A DNA stretch of 64,000 nt from an uncultured Oscillospiraceae bacterium (lineage in GTDB: Bacteria; Bacillota; Clostridia; Oscillospirales; Oscillospiraceae), in the NCBI GenBank assembly GCA_934636655.1, contig CAKUAS010000011.1, forward strand, positions 8,105 through 72,104, written 5' to 3'. Of the stretch, positions 55,110-63,936 are shown piece after piece (the stretch's first letter is position 1; every line of letters starts with the position of its first letter). The notes below the pieces were generated by a model. It did no database searches. It was not told the origin of the DNA and was given only the letters and a program-made list of their open reading frames with translations. A program made the translations under genes and the position numbers.

Positions 55110-55141
55110 ACGTCCTTATCCTTTCAAAACTGTGTATACGG

Positions 55142-55177
55142 GAAATTCTCCCCGGAGATTCTCCGGGGAGAAATTTC
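55142..55177 (-). other. intercistronic hairpin after the binding-protein gene
   Basis: gaaattctccccggag (55142-55157) pairs with ctccggggagaaatttc (55161-55177). This is a 16-bp stem with a one-base bulge and no U-tract. Confidence 0.55.
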
Positions 55178-55191
55178 GTTATTATCTATCG

Positions 55192-56121
55192 TTATGCTGC
55201 GGTATCGTCTGCGGAAGTGTCAGCTTCGGGAACCTGACCTGCCTCGTCGAGCAGACCTTCGTACTTGTCGCCGACTGCGAGGATGCCTGCCTCGTCAACG
55301 AACTTCTGGAGACTGCCGTCGTTGATCGCCTCGTCGATGATGAGGTTGAGTGCTGCGAGGAGAACTTCGTTGTCCTTATTTACGCCGATCGCGGAGCCTT
55401 CCTGCTCGTAAGGTACTTCGCAGACAATGACGAGATCCTCGTACTGTGCCTGGTATGCCTTTGCGACGATGGTCTCCATGAATGCGCCGTCGAGCTTGCC
55501 GGAAACGACCTCTGCAATGATGTCGGGAACCTTGGTCAGACCGATGTTGTCAGCGTCGGGAGTGTTGGCCTCTGCCAGATCATACTGGATGGAGCCGGTC
55601 TGTGCGCCGATCTTGTACTTTGCGTTATTTGCAACTTCGAGAGAAGTGATTTCGTCTGCCTTTGCCTTGGAGGTGATGAAGGACTGGCCGCCCTTGTAGT
55701 AAATCTTGGTGAAGTTCATGATGCTCTCACGCTTGGTATCGGGGGAGTAACCGGCCATGCCGATATCAACGTTCTTTGCCTGGAGCTCTGCGAGGGTTCC
55801 GTCAAAGTCCATGGGGATGATGTTCAGCTCGAGGCCGAGCTTATCGGCTATGTACTGAGCGAATGCAACGTCAAAGCCTGCGAGAGTTGCGTTGCCGTCT
55901 GCGTCGAGGGAGTAAAACTCATAGGGAGCGAAGTCGGGGCTGGTAGCGACGGTGAGCTTGCCGTCTTCAACGGTCTTGAGCTCTGCCTTGAGCTCGTCAA
56001 GAGTCATGGACGAATAATCCTTGGTCTGATCGTCATTGTCTTTATTGTCTGTGTCGTTGCCGCAGGCGCACAGTGCGAACACCATGACCATCGCGAGCAG
56101 AAGTGCGATAAACTTTTTCAT
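55192..56121 (-). CDS. polar amino acid ABC transporter substrate-binding lipoprotein
   Basis: Signal peptide with lipobox LCACGND and a type II PBP pattern (DFAPYEF...GYSPD...GAQTGS). Confidence 0.85.
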   Translation of the reverse strand: MKKFIALLLAMVMVFALCACGNDTDNKDNDDQTKDYSSMTLDELKAELKTVEDGKLTVATSPDFAPYEFYSLDADGNATLAGFDVAFAQYIADKLGLELNIIPMDFDGTLAELQAKNVDIGMAGYSPDTKRESIMNFTKIYYKGGQSFITSKAKADEITSLEVANNAKYKIGAQTGSIQYDLAEANTPDADNIGLTKVPDIIAEVVSGKLDGAFMETIVAKAYQAQYEDLVIVCEVPYEQEGSAIGVNKDNEVLLAALNLIIDEAINDGSLQKFVDEAGILAVGDKYEGLLDEAGQVPEADTSADDTAA

Positions 56122-56181
56122 TTTCTATACCTCTCAAAAAATTTTTAACTGTTTTATGTGCCGTTCCTTACGACGTTGCCT

Positions 56182-56210
56182 ATATTAGCATCTTTATTCA
56201 CTTTTGTCAA
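56182..56210 (-). promoter_or_regulatory. sigma-A type promoter of the amino-acid ABC / M20 operon
   Basis: On the reverse strand: TTGACA (RC of 56205-56210), 17 nt, TAATAT (RC of 56182-56187). Confidence 0.55.
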
Positions 56211-56258
56211 CACTTTTTTGAAAAAATATTCGTATTTTTTTATAAAAACCGTGTTTTA

Positions 56259-56293
56259 AGTGAATATTATTCATTATAGCGCGAATATTCACT
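56259..56293. repeat. 10-bp perfect inverted repeat AGTGAATATT-N15-AATATTCACT
   Basis: Arms at 56259-56268 and 56284-56293. Related AGTGAATA-type copies sit at 56195-56202 (RC, inside the promoter spacer) and 56299-56305 (GTGAAT core only). Confidence 0.6.
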
Positions 56294-56315
56294 GTTTTCG
56301 TGAATTTTTGCATAA

Positions 56316-56353
56316 AAAATCGGCCCCGATTTTGGCGCTCGGAGCCGATTTTT
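56316..56353. terminator. terminator after znuB
   Basis: Stem aaaatcggc / gccgatttt (56316-56324 and 56344-56352) with a 19-nt loop and flanking A and T runs. Confidence 0.5.
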
Positions 56354-56370
56354 ATGGGGTTTATACAGTT

Positions 56371-57192
56371 TTACGCTCTCTTTTTTAGTAAAGCTGCAAA
56401 AGAAAACGCCGCAAAAGCGATGATATTGACTATGACTATCGCCGCGCCGGACGGAAGCTCGAATGCATAAGATGCAGCCATGCCGATGATAAAGCACACG
56501 ACGGAAACTATGCCGGAGCATATCACCACGGCCTTAAAGCTGCGGCAAAGCCGCATTGCCGTGAGCGCCGGGAATATTATGAGGCTGGATATGAGCAGTG
56601 CGCCCATCATGCGCATACCGATGACGACGGTGACGGCGGTGAGCACGGCGATAACGCTGTTTATAAGCTGCGCCTTCGTGCCCGTCGCGCGTGCGAAGGT
56701 CTCGTCAAACGTGACAGCGAATATACGCGGATACAGCAGAACGAACATTAAAAGCACAGCTGCAGAAAGTATAATGCTCAAAACGGCGTCGGCCCGGCTT
56801 AAGGACAGTATGCTGCCGAACATGTAGTTTGAAACGTCGGTGTTCATGCCCGTTGTAAGTGACACTGTCACGACGCCGACAGCCAGTGCCGACGAGGATA
56901 TGAGCGCTATCGCCGCGTCGCCCTTAATTTTGCTGTTCTGATTTATCCTCAGCAGCAGGAACGCCGCCGCGACAACTACCGGTACGGCGAGGTACAGCGG
57001 CGCGATGTTGGCAGCCGCCGCTATCGCCAGCGCGCCGAAGCCGACGTGCGAAAGGCCGTCGCCTATCATGGAATAGCGCTTCAAGACGAGCGACACGCCC
57101 AAAAGTGCCGCGCACAGCGAAACCAGAACTCCTACAACGATGGCACGGATCATAAAATGATAAGAAAACATCTCTTTTATAAGCTCTATCAT
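56371..57192 (-). CDS. znuB: metal (zinc-type) ABC transporter permease
   Basis: 273 aa with 8-9 TM helices, ZnuB/AdcB-like. The start overlaps the znuC stop (ATGA). Confidence 0.8.
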   Translation of the reverse strand: MIELIKEMFSYHFMIRAIVVGVLVSLCAALLGVSLVLKRYSMIGDGLSHVGFGALAIAAAANIAPLYLAVPVVVAAAFLLLRINQNSKIKGDAAIALISSSALAVGVVTVSLTTGMNTDVSNYMFGSILSLSRADAVLSIILSAAVLLMFVLLYPRIFAVTFDETFARATGTKAQLINSVIAVLTAVTVVIGMRMMGALLISSLIIFPALTAMRLCRSFKAVVICSGIVSVVCFIIGMAASYAFELPSGAAIVIVNIIAFAAFSFAALLKKRA

Positions 57193-57893
57193 GCTCTCGA
57201 CCCTCCCACGAATCTGCGCGCAAGGTCACTCTCGCGGTACTGCGCAGTTGTGCCGAAAAACAGCTGGCTGCGGCCGAGGTGCAGGATATGCGTGGCATAG
57301 CGCACCGCGGCGTGGATATCGTGCGATATCATGATGACGCTCGTATTATCGCAAAGGTTCACGAGCTTAATGAGGTTGTACATCTCGTTTGCTGCGACGG
57401 GGTCGAGACCCGTTACCGGCTCGTCGAGCAGCAGCAGCTTTTTCGTCGCGCACATAGCGCGCGCGAGCAGAACGCGCTGCTGCTGACCGCCGGAGAGCTC
57501 AAGATAGCAGCGGTCGGCGATATCGTCAATGCCGAGGCGCTCCATATTCTCTGCGGCAGCGGCCTTATCCTCGGCATTATAGAACACCCTTCCGCGCATG
57601 GAGTTCAGTCTGCCGGAAAGCACGACCTCGCGCACCGAGGCCGGAAAGTCGCGCTGTATCTGCGTCTGCTGCGGGAGATAGCCTATCTCCGTCGGCTTGA
57701 GATCGTCAAAAACGATCTCGCCCTTTGACGGCTGCTTGAGCCCCAAAATGCCGCGCATGAGCGTAGACTTGCCCGAGCCGTTTTCGCCGACGATACACAG
57801 ATACGCGCCCGCGTCGAGAGAAAAATTAATATTGCTGAGCACCGTTTCGCCGTCATAGGCAAAGCTGAGGTCCCTGCATGTTATCTGTGCCAT
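57189..57893 (-). CDS. znuC: metal (zinc-type) ABC transporter ATP-binding protein
   Basis: Walker A GENGSGKST, signature LSGGQQQRVLLA, Walker B LLLLDEPVTGLD. Confidence 0.85.
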   Translation of the reverse strand: MAQITCRDLSFAYDGETVLSNINFSLDAGAYLCIVGENGSGKSTLMRGILGLKQPSKGEIVFDDLKPTEIGYLPQQTQIQRDFPASVREVVLSGRLNSMRGRVFYNAEDKAAAAENMERLGIDDIADRCYLELSGGQQQRVLLARAMCATKKLLLLDEPVTGLDPVAANEMYNLIKLVNLCDNTSVIMISHDIHAAVRYATHILHLGRSQLFFGTTAQYRESDLARRFVGGSRA

Positions 57894-57894
57894 T

Positions 57895-58845
57895 TCAGTA
57901 AAGCGCCTCCTTCAAAGTTTCAATATTCATACGCATGAGGTCAAGGTACGTGACACCGTCCTCAAACTGCCGCGCCGTCACGCTGTTCGCCGAGTAAAAC
58001 GGCAGCTTTTCGCAGCCTGTGTCCTCGCAAATGACGTCGGCCATCTTTTCATTTGAAAACTCCATATACAAAACAGCCGGTATTTTCTCTTCGCGCACAT
58101 GGTCGATCAAAAACGCTACCGTTTTCGCCGAGGGCTCGGTCTGCGAGGCGCAGCCGGGGTAGGCCGCGTAGTATTTGAGCCCGTACTCGCGAGTAAAGTA
58201 TCGCATCGGGAAACGGTCCGCAAAAACGAGCGTATCGCGCACACCGTTTAAAACCGTCGTACGTATCTCGATATCGAGCTCCATGAGCTTTGCGTTATAG
58301 ACCTCGTAGTTGAGCATATATTCGTTTGCGTTCTCTTGGTCGAGCTCACATAGCTTATCGCACAGCGCATAACATATCTTCGCCGCATTTCCCGGCGTTG
58401 TCCACACATGCTCGTCGAGCTCCTCTTCTTCCCCGTCGTCATGCTCATGATCGTGCTCATCCTCGGCGGCGTAGATACCCTCGCCGCTTTCGGCTACGGT
58501 CTCGACGCAGTCCATCATGCGCAGGGCATTAACGTTCTCGCCCACGAGTGACTCTACCCAAGCTTCCGACTCGCCGCCGTTGCAGATAAACAGGTCGCTT
58601 TCCTGTATCGCAATAACGTCCTTCGGTGCGGGCTCATAGGAATGTACCTCCGCGCCGGGCTTTATGAGAAGCTTTATCTGCGCCCTGTCCCCCGCTATCT
58701 CGCGGGCAAAATCGTAGGCCGGAAAGTTCGTGCAAACTATCTGCAGCTTTGAGCTGTCCTTCTTTTCCGTCTCCCGTGCCGAACAGCCCGAGAGGATAAG
58801 GCACAGGCACAACAGCAGCGGAACAAGCTTTTTAACAGCGCTCAT
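57895..58845 (-). CDS. znuA: metal ABC transporter substrate-binding lipoprotein with His/Asp/Glu-rich loop
   Basis: Lipobox LILSGCS. Cluster-9 (TroA-like) SBP. The loop EDEHDHEHDDGEEEELDEH is typical of zinc-specific ZnuA/AdcA. Confidence 0.8.
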   Translation of the reverse strand: MSAVKKLVPLLLCLCLILSGCSARETEKKDSSKLQIVCTNFPAYDFAREIAGDRAQIKLLIKPGAEVHSYEPAPKDVIAIQESDLFICNGGESEAWVESLVGENVNALRMMDCVETVAESGEGIYAAEDEHDHEHDDGEEEELDEHVWTTPGNAAKICYALCDKLCELDQENANEYMLNYEVYNAKLMELDIEIRTTVLNGVRDTLVFADRFPMRYFTREYGLKYYAAYPGCASQTEPSAKTVAFLIDHVREEKIPAVLYMEFSNEKMADVICEDTGCEKLPFYSANSVTARQFEDGVTYLDLMRMNIETLKEALY

Positions 58846-60098
58846 GACATCAGCACCGCGGCGGCAGTACCGATAAGGCTCATGTTCTCGGCATTAACAA
58901 ACTCGTATCGTCTGCCCATGATCTCACCGGCGTATACATCCATAAAGCGCTCAAGCTCAGGGCGCAGGAGCTTGCTTTCGGAATAAAGCGAGCCGTCCAC
59001 AGCTATACACACGGGGCGTGAGCTGCCCGCGCCCGTGATCTCAAGTATGCCGCAAAGCTTGGATGCTATGCATCTCGCCGAGCGCTCAAAAATTTCAGAT
59101 ATTATGTAAACTAAATTGACTCTATCCTCACTGTTGAAACCCTTGGGAAAGCGTGAGCTTCCCCATTTGTCGATAGTCGGAGTTGTGACCTCGGTCATTT
59201 TTTCGATTATCTCGGTCGCGCGCTCGGAAAACAGCCCTTCTTTGGCGGCCATTTTGAGCGTATACATGCAGACCTGACCGAGATAGCGGCCGGATATCAT
59301 TTTCTCGGCGACATATGCGCCGGTATCGGGTAGATCTTCATCCATTGCAAGATCTGCGTCACCGCGGGGAAATGCGCGGAACGAGCCGCTCTCGAGGTTC
59401 ACGAGCATTTTTCCGCCGCCCGTGAGCCCGAGCTTTCCGATCTTGCCGCACTCGATCTCGCAGCAGGTGTTGCAGCCCGTTCCGGCAACGAGTCCGATAT
59501 ATCCGTCGAAGCTTCCCTTTGACAGCACCTTTCCGGCAAGCAGAGTCGCCGGAGTGTCGTTTAAAACAACGATTCTACCAACCTTTTCTCCACGCTTTTC
59601 GAGCTCCGCTCTCAGCGACGCGCCGAGGTACGAGCCGACAGCGCCCTCGATTTCGACCTGCTTTGTGAGCCCAAGGACTTTACCGTCGCACTCGGGAGTT
59701 ATCTCGACCGGGTAAGAAAAGCAAAAGCCTATATCCTTTGCCTGCTTCAGAAGAGGCTGCACGCAGTCGGCAACGCAGGATATAAACTGCTCCCAGGCCG
59801 CGGGCTCCGCCGCACCGGGCATCGGGCGCTTATCAAGAGCGTCGATCACGTCCTTTTTCCCGTCAAAACCTATAAGCGCGGTACGAAAATTCGTGCCGCC
59901 CGCGTCAATGACAATGGCCTTTTCACCTTTTTGGAGCTTGCCCGACGAATACAGATACGTCGGCAGCATGGGCATGTTCTTCTGCGGTGCGGCAAGTCCT
60001 GCGTGCATCGCATCGGCAAAGGCCTTCGTATACTCGGCAAGGTCAACGCGCTCGGCGTCCATGCCGTGATCTTTCATAAACTGTGCTACTTTTATCAT
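58842..60098 (-). CDS. hexokinase-family sugar kinase (eukaryote-like hexokinase fold)
   Basis: Motifs VIDAGGTNFRTALIGF, LNDTPATLLAG, GLVAGTGCNTC and IAVDGSLY parallel the hexokinase motifs LDLGGTNFRV, NDTVGTL, GTGxNACY and VDGSVY. The ATG at 60098 lies 6 nt after GAGG. The stop overlaps the znuA start (ATGA). Confidence 0.8.
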   Translation of the reverse strand: MIKVAQFMKDHGMDAERVDLAEYTKAFADAMHAGLAAPQKNMPMLPTYLYSSGKLQKGEKAIVIDAGGTNFRTALIGFDGKKDVIDALDKRPMPGAAEPAAWEQFISCVADCVQPLLKQAKDIGFCFSYPVEITPECDGKVLGLTKQVEIEGAVGSYLGASLRAELEKRGEKVGRIVVLNDTPATLLAGKVLSKGSFDGYIGLVAGTGCNTCCEIECGKIGKLGLTGGGKMLVNLESGSFRAFPRGDADLAMDEDLPDTGAYVAEKMISGRYLGQVCMYTLKMAAKEGLFSERATEIIEKMTEVTTPTIDKWGSSRFPKGFNSEDRVNLVYIISEIFERSARCIASKLCGILEITGAGSSRPVCIAVDGSLYSESKLLRPELERFMDVYAGEIMGRRYEFVNAENMSLIGTAAAVLMS

Positions 60099-60110
60099 TA
60101 CATACCTCAA

Positions 60111-60139
60111 AAAGACCCGGCGGAGCCCGTCGGGTCTTT
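60111..60139 (-). terminator. intrinsic terminator after the SPFH gene, abutting the hexokinase RBS
   Basis: 13-bp stem (aaagacccggcgg / ccgtcgggtcttt, with one G-U pair) and a 3-nt loop. On the mRNA strand a run of five U (partly from the stem arm) ends 2 nt before the GAGG RBS at 60105-60108. Confidence 0.7.
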
Positions 60140-60155
60140 GATTTCAAACTTTTTC

Positions 60156-61064
60156 TTACTTCTCTGCGGGAATGTCCTTGACCGACTGGACAACGCCCTC
60201 GGCAAGACCGGCGATACCCTGGATCTCGCTCGGGATGATTATCTTCGTTGCCTTGCCGTTTGCGGCCGCCGCGAAAGCCTCGAGAGCCTTGATCTTCAGC
60301 ACAGCGTCGCTCGGCATAGACTCGTTTATAAGGCGGATACCTTCGGCGGTAGCGGTCTGGACCTTGAGAATAGCCTCGGCCTCGCCTTCCGCTTCGAGGA
60401 TCTGCTGCTGTTTCTTCGCGTCGGCGCGCAGGATGGCCGATTCCTTCTCGCCTTCCGCTTCAAGGATGGCCGCACGCTTTTCGCCTTCGGCACGGAGAAT
60501 GGCCTCGCGGCGTTCACGCTCTGCCTTCATCTGCTTTTCCATCGCCGACTGGATCTCTCTGGGCGGCAGGATATTCTTGAGCTCAACGCGGTTAACCTTG
60601 ATGCCCCAGGGGTCGGTGGCCTCGTCGAGTATGGTGCGCATTTTGCCGTTTATGAGGTCGCGGCTGGTAAGGCACTGGTCGAGCTCAAGGTCACCGATTA
60701 TGTTACGCAGCGTCGTTGCCGACAGGTTCTCTATAGCGACCATTGGATGCTCGATACCGTAGGTGTACAGCTTGGGGTCGGTTATCTGGAAGTAGATAAC
60801 GGTGTCTATCTGCATGGTGACGTTATCCTTTGTGATAACGGGCTGGGGCGGGAAATCGGCTACCTGCTCCTTGAGGGAGATGGTCTTTGCGACTCTCTCA
60901 AAAAACGGCACCTTGACATGGATACCGGTTCCCCAGGTTGCCTGATATTTGCCCAGGCGCTCGATGATCATGACCTTGCTCTGCTGGACGATGCGGATGT
61001 TTCTGATAATAACGACCAGTGCGAGCAGAATGATAATACACAGTACGATGGTTTGAGGGTCCAT
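60156..61064 (-). CDS. SPFH/band-7 (stomatin-like) protein
   Basis: N-terminal TM, an SPFH core, and a coiled-coil tail with EAEGE repeats (ILRAEGEKRAAILEAEGEKESAILRA). Confidence 0.9.
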   Translation of the reverse strand: MDPQTIVLCIIILLALVVIIRNIRIVQQSKVMIIERLGKYQATWGTGIHVKVPFFERVAKTISLKEQVADFPPQPVITKDNVTMQIDTVIYFQITDPKLYTYGIEHPMVAIENLSATTLRNIIGDLELDQCLTSRDLINGKMRTILDEATDPWGIKVNRVELKNILPPREIQSAMEKQMKAERERREAILRAEGEKRAAILEAEGEKESAILRADAKKQQQILEAEGEAEAILKVQTATAEGIRLINESMPSDAVLKIKALEAFAAAANGKATKIIIPSEIQGIAGLAEGVVQSVKDIPAEK

Positions 61065-61092
61065 TTGTTCTCTCCTTTTTTATATCAGTTTT

Positions 61093-61554
61093 TTATTTTA
61101 CCGTTTCCTCTGCGGGAAGCGCAACGATAAGCTTCACGCCGTCAATACGCTGTGCAGTTACGAGCGTACCCTCGGGAATTGTTTTATCGTCGTTTTCGCT
61201 TCTTGCTGTCCACGTTTTTCCGTCAACGTACACAGCGCCGGTGCCCGCGATATTATCTATCGTCTCCGTCACGCGGCACTCCTTGCCGATAACGATATCG
61301 GCATTGGTCGGCTCGACCTTATTGTTGACATACTTCTTGACGAGCGGCCTTGTGTAATACAATGTCACCGCCGAAACGATGAGAAACAGGACGATCTGAA
61401 GCCACACGGGTCCATTCAGCATCGCGCACAGCAGCGCTGCCAGTGAGCCCGCCGCGAACCAGATACACACGAGCCCTACCGTCACCGCCTCGACCACGAG
61501 GAAGAAGACCATGGCGATCAGCCAGAACATAGTCATCGTCATTTCAAATGGCAT
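61093..61554 (-). CDS. NfeD-family membrane protein
   Basis: Three N-terminal TM helices plus a C-terminal OB-like NfeD domain, upstream of the SPFH partner. The ATG at 61554 lies 8 nt after GGAGG. Confidence 0.85.
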   Translation of the reverse strand: MPFEMTMTMFWLIAMVFFLVVEAVTVGLVCIWFAAGSLAALLCAMLNGPVWLQIVLFLIVSAVTLYYTRPLVKKYVNNKVEPTNADIVIGKECRVTETIDNIAGTGAVYVDGKTWTARSENDDKTIPEGTLVTAQRIDGVKLIVALPAEETVK

Positions 61555-61714
61555 TGCGTTCACCTCCAATTGTTCTTGGTTATATTGTATTACATTTATC
61601 AATATTAATCAACAACAATTTGCTGACACACCAGACAGCAAAAGCATTTTCAGGCATTTTATACTCATATGAATTTAATTCAAAGCGGCCGCCCGGCAAA
61701 TCACGCATTAGCGC

Positions 61715-61743
61715 TTTACATTTGTGATGTGTTGATGTAAAAT
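61715..61743 (+). promoter_or_regulatory. sigma-A type promoter of yerC-methyltransferase-hslO
   Basis: TTTACA at 61715-61720, 17 nt, TAAAAT at 61738-61743. Confidence 0.55.
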
Positions 61744-61772
61744 GTAAATGTATGACCGAAGGAGGTTAGCTC

Positions 61773-62075
61773 ATGAATAAGCTTAACAGAAAGCCCCGCA
61801 ATCAGGATATGTATAAGGCGATACTTACGCTCAAGACAGTTGAAGAGTGCATGGATTTCTTTGACGATCTGTGTACCGTTACCGAAATCCAGGCTATGGA
61901 GCAGCGCTATCAGGTCGCCGTGTGTCTTTCCAAGGGCATGATCTATAACGACATTCTGGCCGAGACCGGCGCTTCCAGCGCGACGATAAGCCGCGTCAAC
62001 CGCTCGCTGCAATACGGCAAGGACGGCTATGAAATAGTATTTGAACGTCTGGCCGAGCAGCAGGACAAGGACTGA
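61773..62075 (+). CDS. YerC/YecD-family (TrpR-related) DNA-binding protein
   Basis: The sequence FFDDLCTVTEIQAMEQRYQVA...ETGASSATISRVNRSLQYG is the hallmark of the YerC/YecD family. Confidence 0.85.
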   Translation: MNKLNRKPRNQDMYKAILTLKTVEECMDFFDDLCTVTEIQAMEQRYQVAVCLSKGMIYNDILAETGASSATISRVNRSLQYGKDGYEIVFERLAEQQDKD

Positions 62076-62812
62076 TGGCCGCATCTTACGGGCCGCTGTC
62101 AATGTGGTACGATACGCTTACGGGCGATATACCCTACGGCGACTTCGCCGATTTTTACAAAGCCCGCTTTGACGACGACGGAGGCGAATTCAAAACTCTT
62201 CTTGACCTTTGCTGCGGCACGGGAACGCTCACGGCGATCATGGCGCGCCGCGGCTACGAGATGATCGCCGTCGACGCCTCGCCGGATATGCTCATGCAGG
62301 CCTCCGGCAAAGCGGCAGACGCAGAGATCATACCGCTGTACCTTTGTCAGGACGCAGCCGAGCTCGATCTTTACGGTACGGTAGACGCGGCTTACTGCTC
62401 GCTTGACGGAATTAATTACATTGCTCCGGACAAGCTCGACCGTGTATTTGACAGGCTGCATCTTTTCATACGTCCTTACGGACTTTTCATATTCGATATC
62501 AAAACGCCGGAGAGCATGATGGCGCTCGACGGCGAAATATTCGTTGACGAGACGGACGAGGTGCTCTGCCTGTGGCGTGCGGATTTCTCCGAGGAGGAAA
62601 ACGCCCTGCTGTATGGCATGGATCTTTTCTCGCGCCGAGGCAGACTCTGGCAGCGTGAGTGCGAGGAGCATATCGAGTATGCCCACTCACCCGAGGAGCT
62701 CAAAGCGGCGCTTGAGAAAGCGGGCTTTGAGGAGATAAGCTTTTTCACCGACTGCCCGCAGGGCGACCGGGGCAGAATGTTCATCTCGGCAAAGAATACG
62801 AGCATTTATTGA
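62075..62812 (+). CDS. class I SAM-dependent methyltransferase
   Basis: Motif I LLDLCCGTG. The start overlaps the yerC stop (TGATG). Confidence 0.8.
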   Translation: MAASYGPLSMWYDTLTGDIPYGDFADFYKARFDDDGGEFKTLLDLCCGTGTLTAIMARRGYEMIAVDASPDMLMQASGKAADAEIIPLYLCQDAAELDLYGTVDAAYCSLDGINYIAPDKLDRVFDRLHLFIRPYGLFIFDIKTPESMMALDGEIFVDETDEVLCLWRADFSEEENALLYGMDLFSRRGRLWQRECEEHIEYAHSPEELKAALEKAGFEEISFFTDCPQGDRGRMFISAKNTSIY

Positions 62813-62821
62813 GGTTTTACT

Positions 62822-63703
62822 ATGGACAGAATACTAAGAGCGACAGCCGGAGACGGCTTCATAAAAATGTCGGCAGTCAGCGCGAAAGCCACCGTGCAGC
62901 GCGCTAAAGATATACACAACTGCACGCCCACAGCGGCTGCTGCGCTTGGCAGAACGCTGTGCGCAGCGTCCATGCTCGGCAACATGATGAAGGAGGATGA
63001 CGGCAGCCTCACGATACGCATAAACGGCGGCGGTCCGATAGGCAGTGTCATAGCCGTTTCCGACAGTGCAGGCTTCGTGCGCGGCTATGTGACGAATCCC
63101 GGTATCGAGCTCCCTCTAAGGCAGGACGGCAAGCTCAATGTAGGCGGTGCAGTCGGAAGAGACGGTATGATAACCGTCAGCCGCGATATCGGGCTCAAGG
63201 AGCCGTACATCGGTTCGACGCAGCTCGTTTCTGGCGAGATAGCCGAGGACCTGACGGCATACATGCTCGAAAGTGAGCAGATACCGGCAGCCTGCGGTCT
63301 CGGCGTTCTGGTGGATACCGATCTTAGCATTAAGTCCGCCGGCGGCTTTATCGTGCAGCTCATGCCCGGCGCGGCGGATGAGTTTATCGACAAGCTTGAG
63401 GAAAACATCACCATGATGGACGCACTGACGACCATTCTGGCCGAGGACGGACTCGAAGCCGTATTCGAGCAGGTGCTCAAGGGCCTTGAGCATCACATCG
63501 TCGGTGAGGACGAGATCGGCTATCGCTGCAGATGCAGCCGTGAGCGCGTGGCAAGCGCGATACTCGGCATAGGTGAAACCGAGCTGCAGAACATGATCGA
63601 CGAGGGCAAGGATGTTGATGTCAGCTGTCAATTCTGCGATACGGTGTACACCTTCACTCCCGATGATATCTCAAAACTTTTGGAGCAGGCAAAAAACGAT
63701 TAA
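62822..63703 (+). CDS. hslO: redox-regulated chaperone Hsp33
   Basis: The C-terminal zinc centre CRCSRERV...CQFCDTVY and the size of 293 aa. Confidence 0.9.
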   Translation: MDRILRATAGDGFIKMSAVSAKATVQRAKDIHNCTPTAAAALGRTLCAASMLGNMMKEDDGSLTIRINGGGPIGSVIAVSDSAGFVRGYVTNPGIELPLRQDGKLNVGGAVGRDGMITVSRDIGLKEPYIGSTQLVSGEIAEDLTAYMLESEQIPAACGLGVLVDTDLSIKSAGGFIVQLMPGAADEFIDKLEENITMMDALTTILAEDGLEAVFEQVLKGLEHHIVGEDEIGYRCRCSRERVASAILGIGETELQNMIDEGKDVDVSCQFCDTVYTFTPDDISKLLEQAKND

Positions 63704-63720
63704 AAACTTCAAAATTGTTA

Positions 63721-63749
63721 TTGACAATTGGGGTCAGCTTTAGTATAAT
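63721..63749 (+). promoter_or_regulatory. sigma-A type promoter of the tRNA cluster
   Basis: TTGACA at 63721-63726, 17 nt, TATAAT at 63744-63749. Confidence 0.65.
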
Positions 63750-63766
63750 AAACAAGCCGCTGATGA

Positions 63767-63843
63767 GGGAGCATAGCTCAGCTGGTTAGAGCACCTGCCT
63801 TACAAGCAGGGGGTCACTGGTTCGAGTCCAGTTGTTCCCACCA
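63767..63843 (+). tRNA. tRNA-Val (anticodon TAC)
   Basis: I folded the cloverleaf by hand: acceptor GGGAGCA/TGTTCCC, D arm GCTC..GAGC, anticodon stem CCTGC/GCAGG with loop CTTACAA, T arm ACTGG TTCGAGT CCAGT, and an encoded CCA. Confidence 0.9.
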
Positions 63844-63857
63844 TTTTATCAGCACAT

Positions 63858-63933
<76 letters not shown>

Positions 63934-63936
63934 TTT

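Noticed and set aside
58846-60160. A Zur box (AAATCGTAAT-N-ATTACGATTT-like) controlling the znu genes.
   Set aside because: No AT-rich dyad of this type is seen in front of znuA, in front of the hexokinase gene, or in the terminator region. Absence by eye is not proof, and a matrix scan is needed.
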